From: Dehalococcoidia bacterium
GTDB lineage: Bacteria > Chloroflexota > Dehalococcoidia > GIF9 > AB-539-J10
Reading direction: 5' to 3'
Assembly (NCBI GenBank): GCA_029857995.1
Contig: JAOUFZ010000002.1
Span: 1-33,523 of the forward strand
Length of the DNA: 33,523 nucleotides
Numbering within the stretch: position 1 is the first letter of the stretch; each line of letters opens with the position of its first letter. Under the pieces are notes generated by a model. The model was not told where the DNA came from. It saw only the letters and a list, made by a program, of their open reading frames with translations, and made no database searches. A program made the position numbers and the translations under genes. Shown in pieces: positions 33,387-33,523 of the stretch.

Positions 33387-33523
33387 CACTTGGGCATGCA
33401 CACGAGTCGATATCGCGTGGTTCGGATAAGGCGGGTGTCTTCTGGACTTGCCCAGCCGCTCGAGAGGCCCCCTTGCTACGGGTTGGTTCTCTCATCGGGC
33501 GAGTTTCTTCCTGCCTTCACCTT

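Noticed and set aside
33387-33523. Sequence after the methyltransferase gene, including track ORF 33313-33495 (-)
   Set aside because: That ORF overlaps the methyltransferase 3' end, has no recognisable features and is cut by the window edge. No call is made.

Overview
This is a bacterial chromosomal window with strong GGAGG-type Shine-Dalgarno sites and sigma70-like promoters. The gene content (bacterial Elp3, 1Fe superoxide reductase, 2-oxoacid:ferredoxin oxidoreductase, split transketolase, short ThiC) suggests an anaerobic Chloroflexota/Dehalococcoidia-like organism; that is inference only.

Layout:
1. 162-12602, almost all minus strand: a redox/stress island. It holds a rhodanese lipoprotein, small DUF1059-like and ferredoxin-like (Dabb) fold proteins, an SDR, a class I disulfide oxidoreductase, a VOC protein, a rubrerythrin-like protein, KorAB, an AhpD-like protein, SOR, three tandem Usp paralogs and DJ-1/PfpI. 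A conserved 41-bp promoter/operator-like motif occurs four times in front of these genes.
2. 12740-15650: a divergent OmpR-type response regulator and a MEDS-PAS-PAS histidine kinase.
3. 15647-16125: an integration scar made of an integrase remnant, tRNA-Lys(CUU), a terminator and a degenerate copy of the tRNA 3' half.
4. 16156-21980, minus strand: housekeeping genes (M50-CBS protease, agmatinase, SpeH-like pyruvoyl enzyme, CinA, ThiC, RNase PH).
5. 22038-28109: a small Cys-rich protein, an RNase H-fold exonuclease, a decayed transglutaminase-like gene, split transketolase, a HAD hydrolase, an atypical radical SAM protein and an Mth938-like protein.
6. 28124-31184, minus strand: six consecutive uncharacterised small membrane proteins from two paralog families behind a consensus promoter. 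One carries a 21-bp in-frame tandem repeat.
7. 31331-33386: Elp3 paired divergently with a Trm9-like methyltransferase.

The best candidates for new biology are the Elp3/Trm9-like pair, the 41-bp motif regulon and the membrane-protein cluster. All homology calls come from motif recognition by eye; no searches were run.
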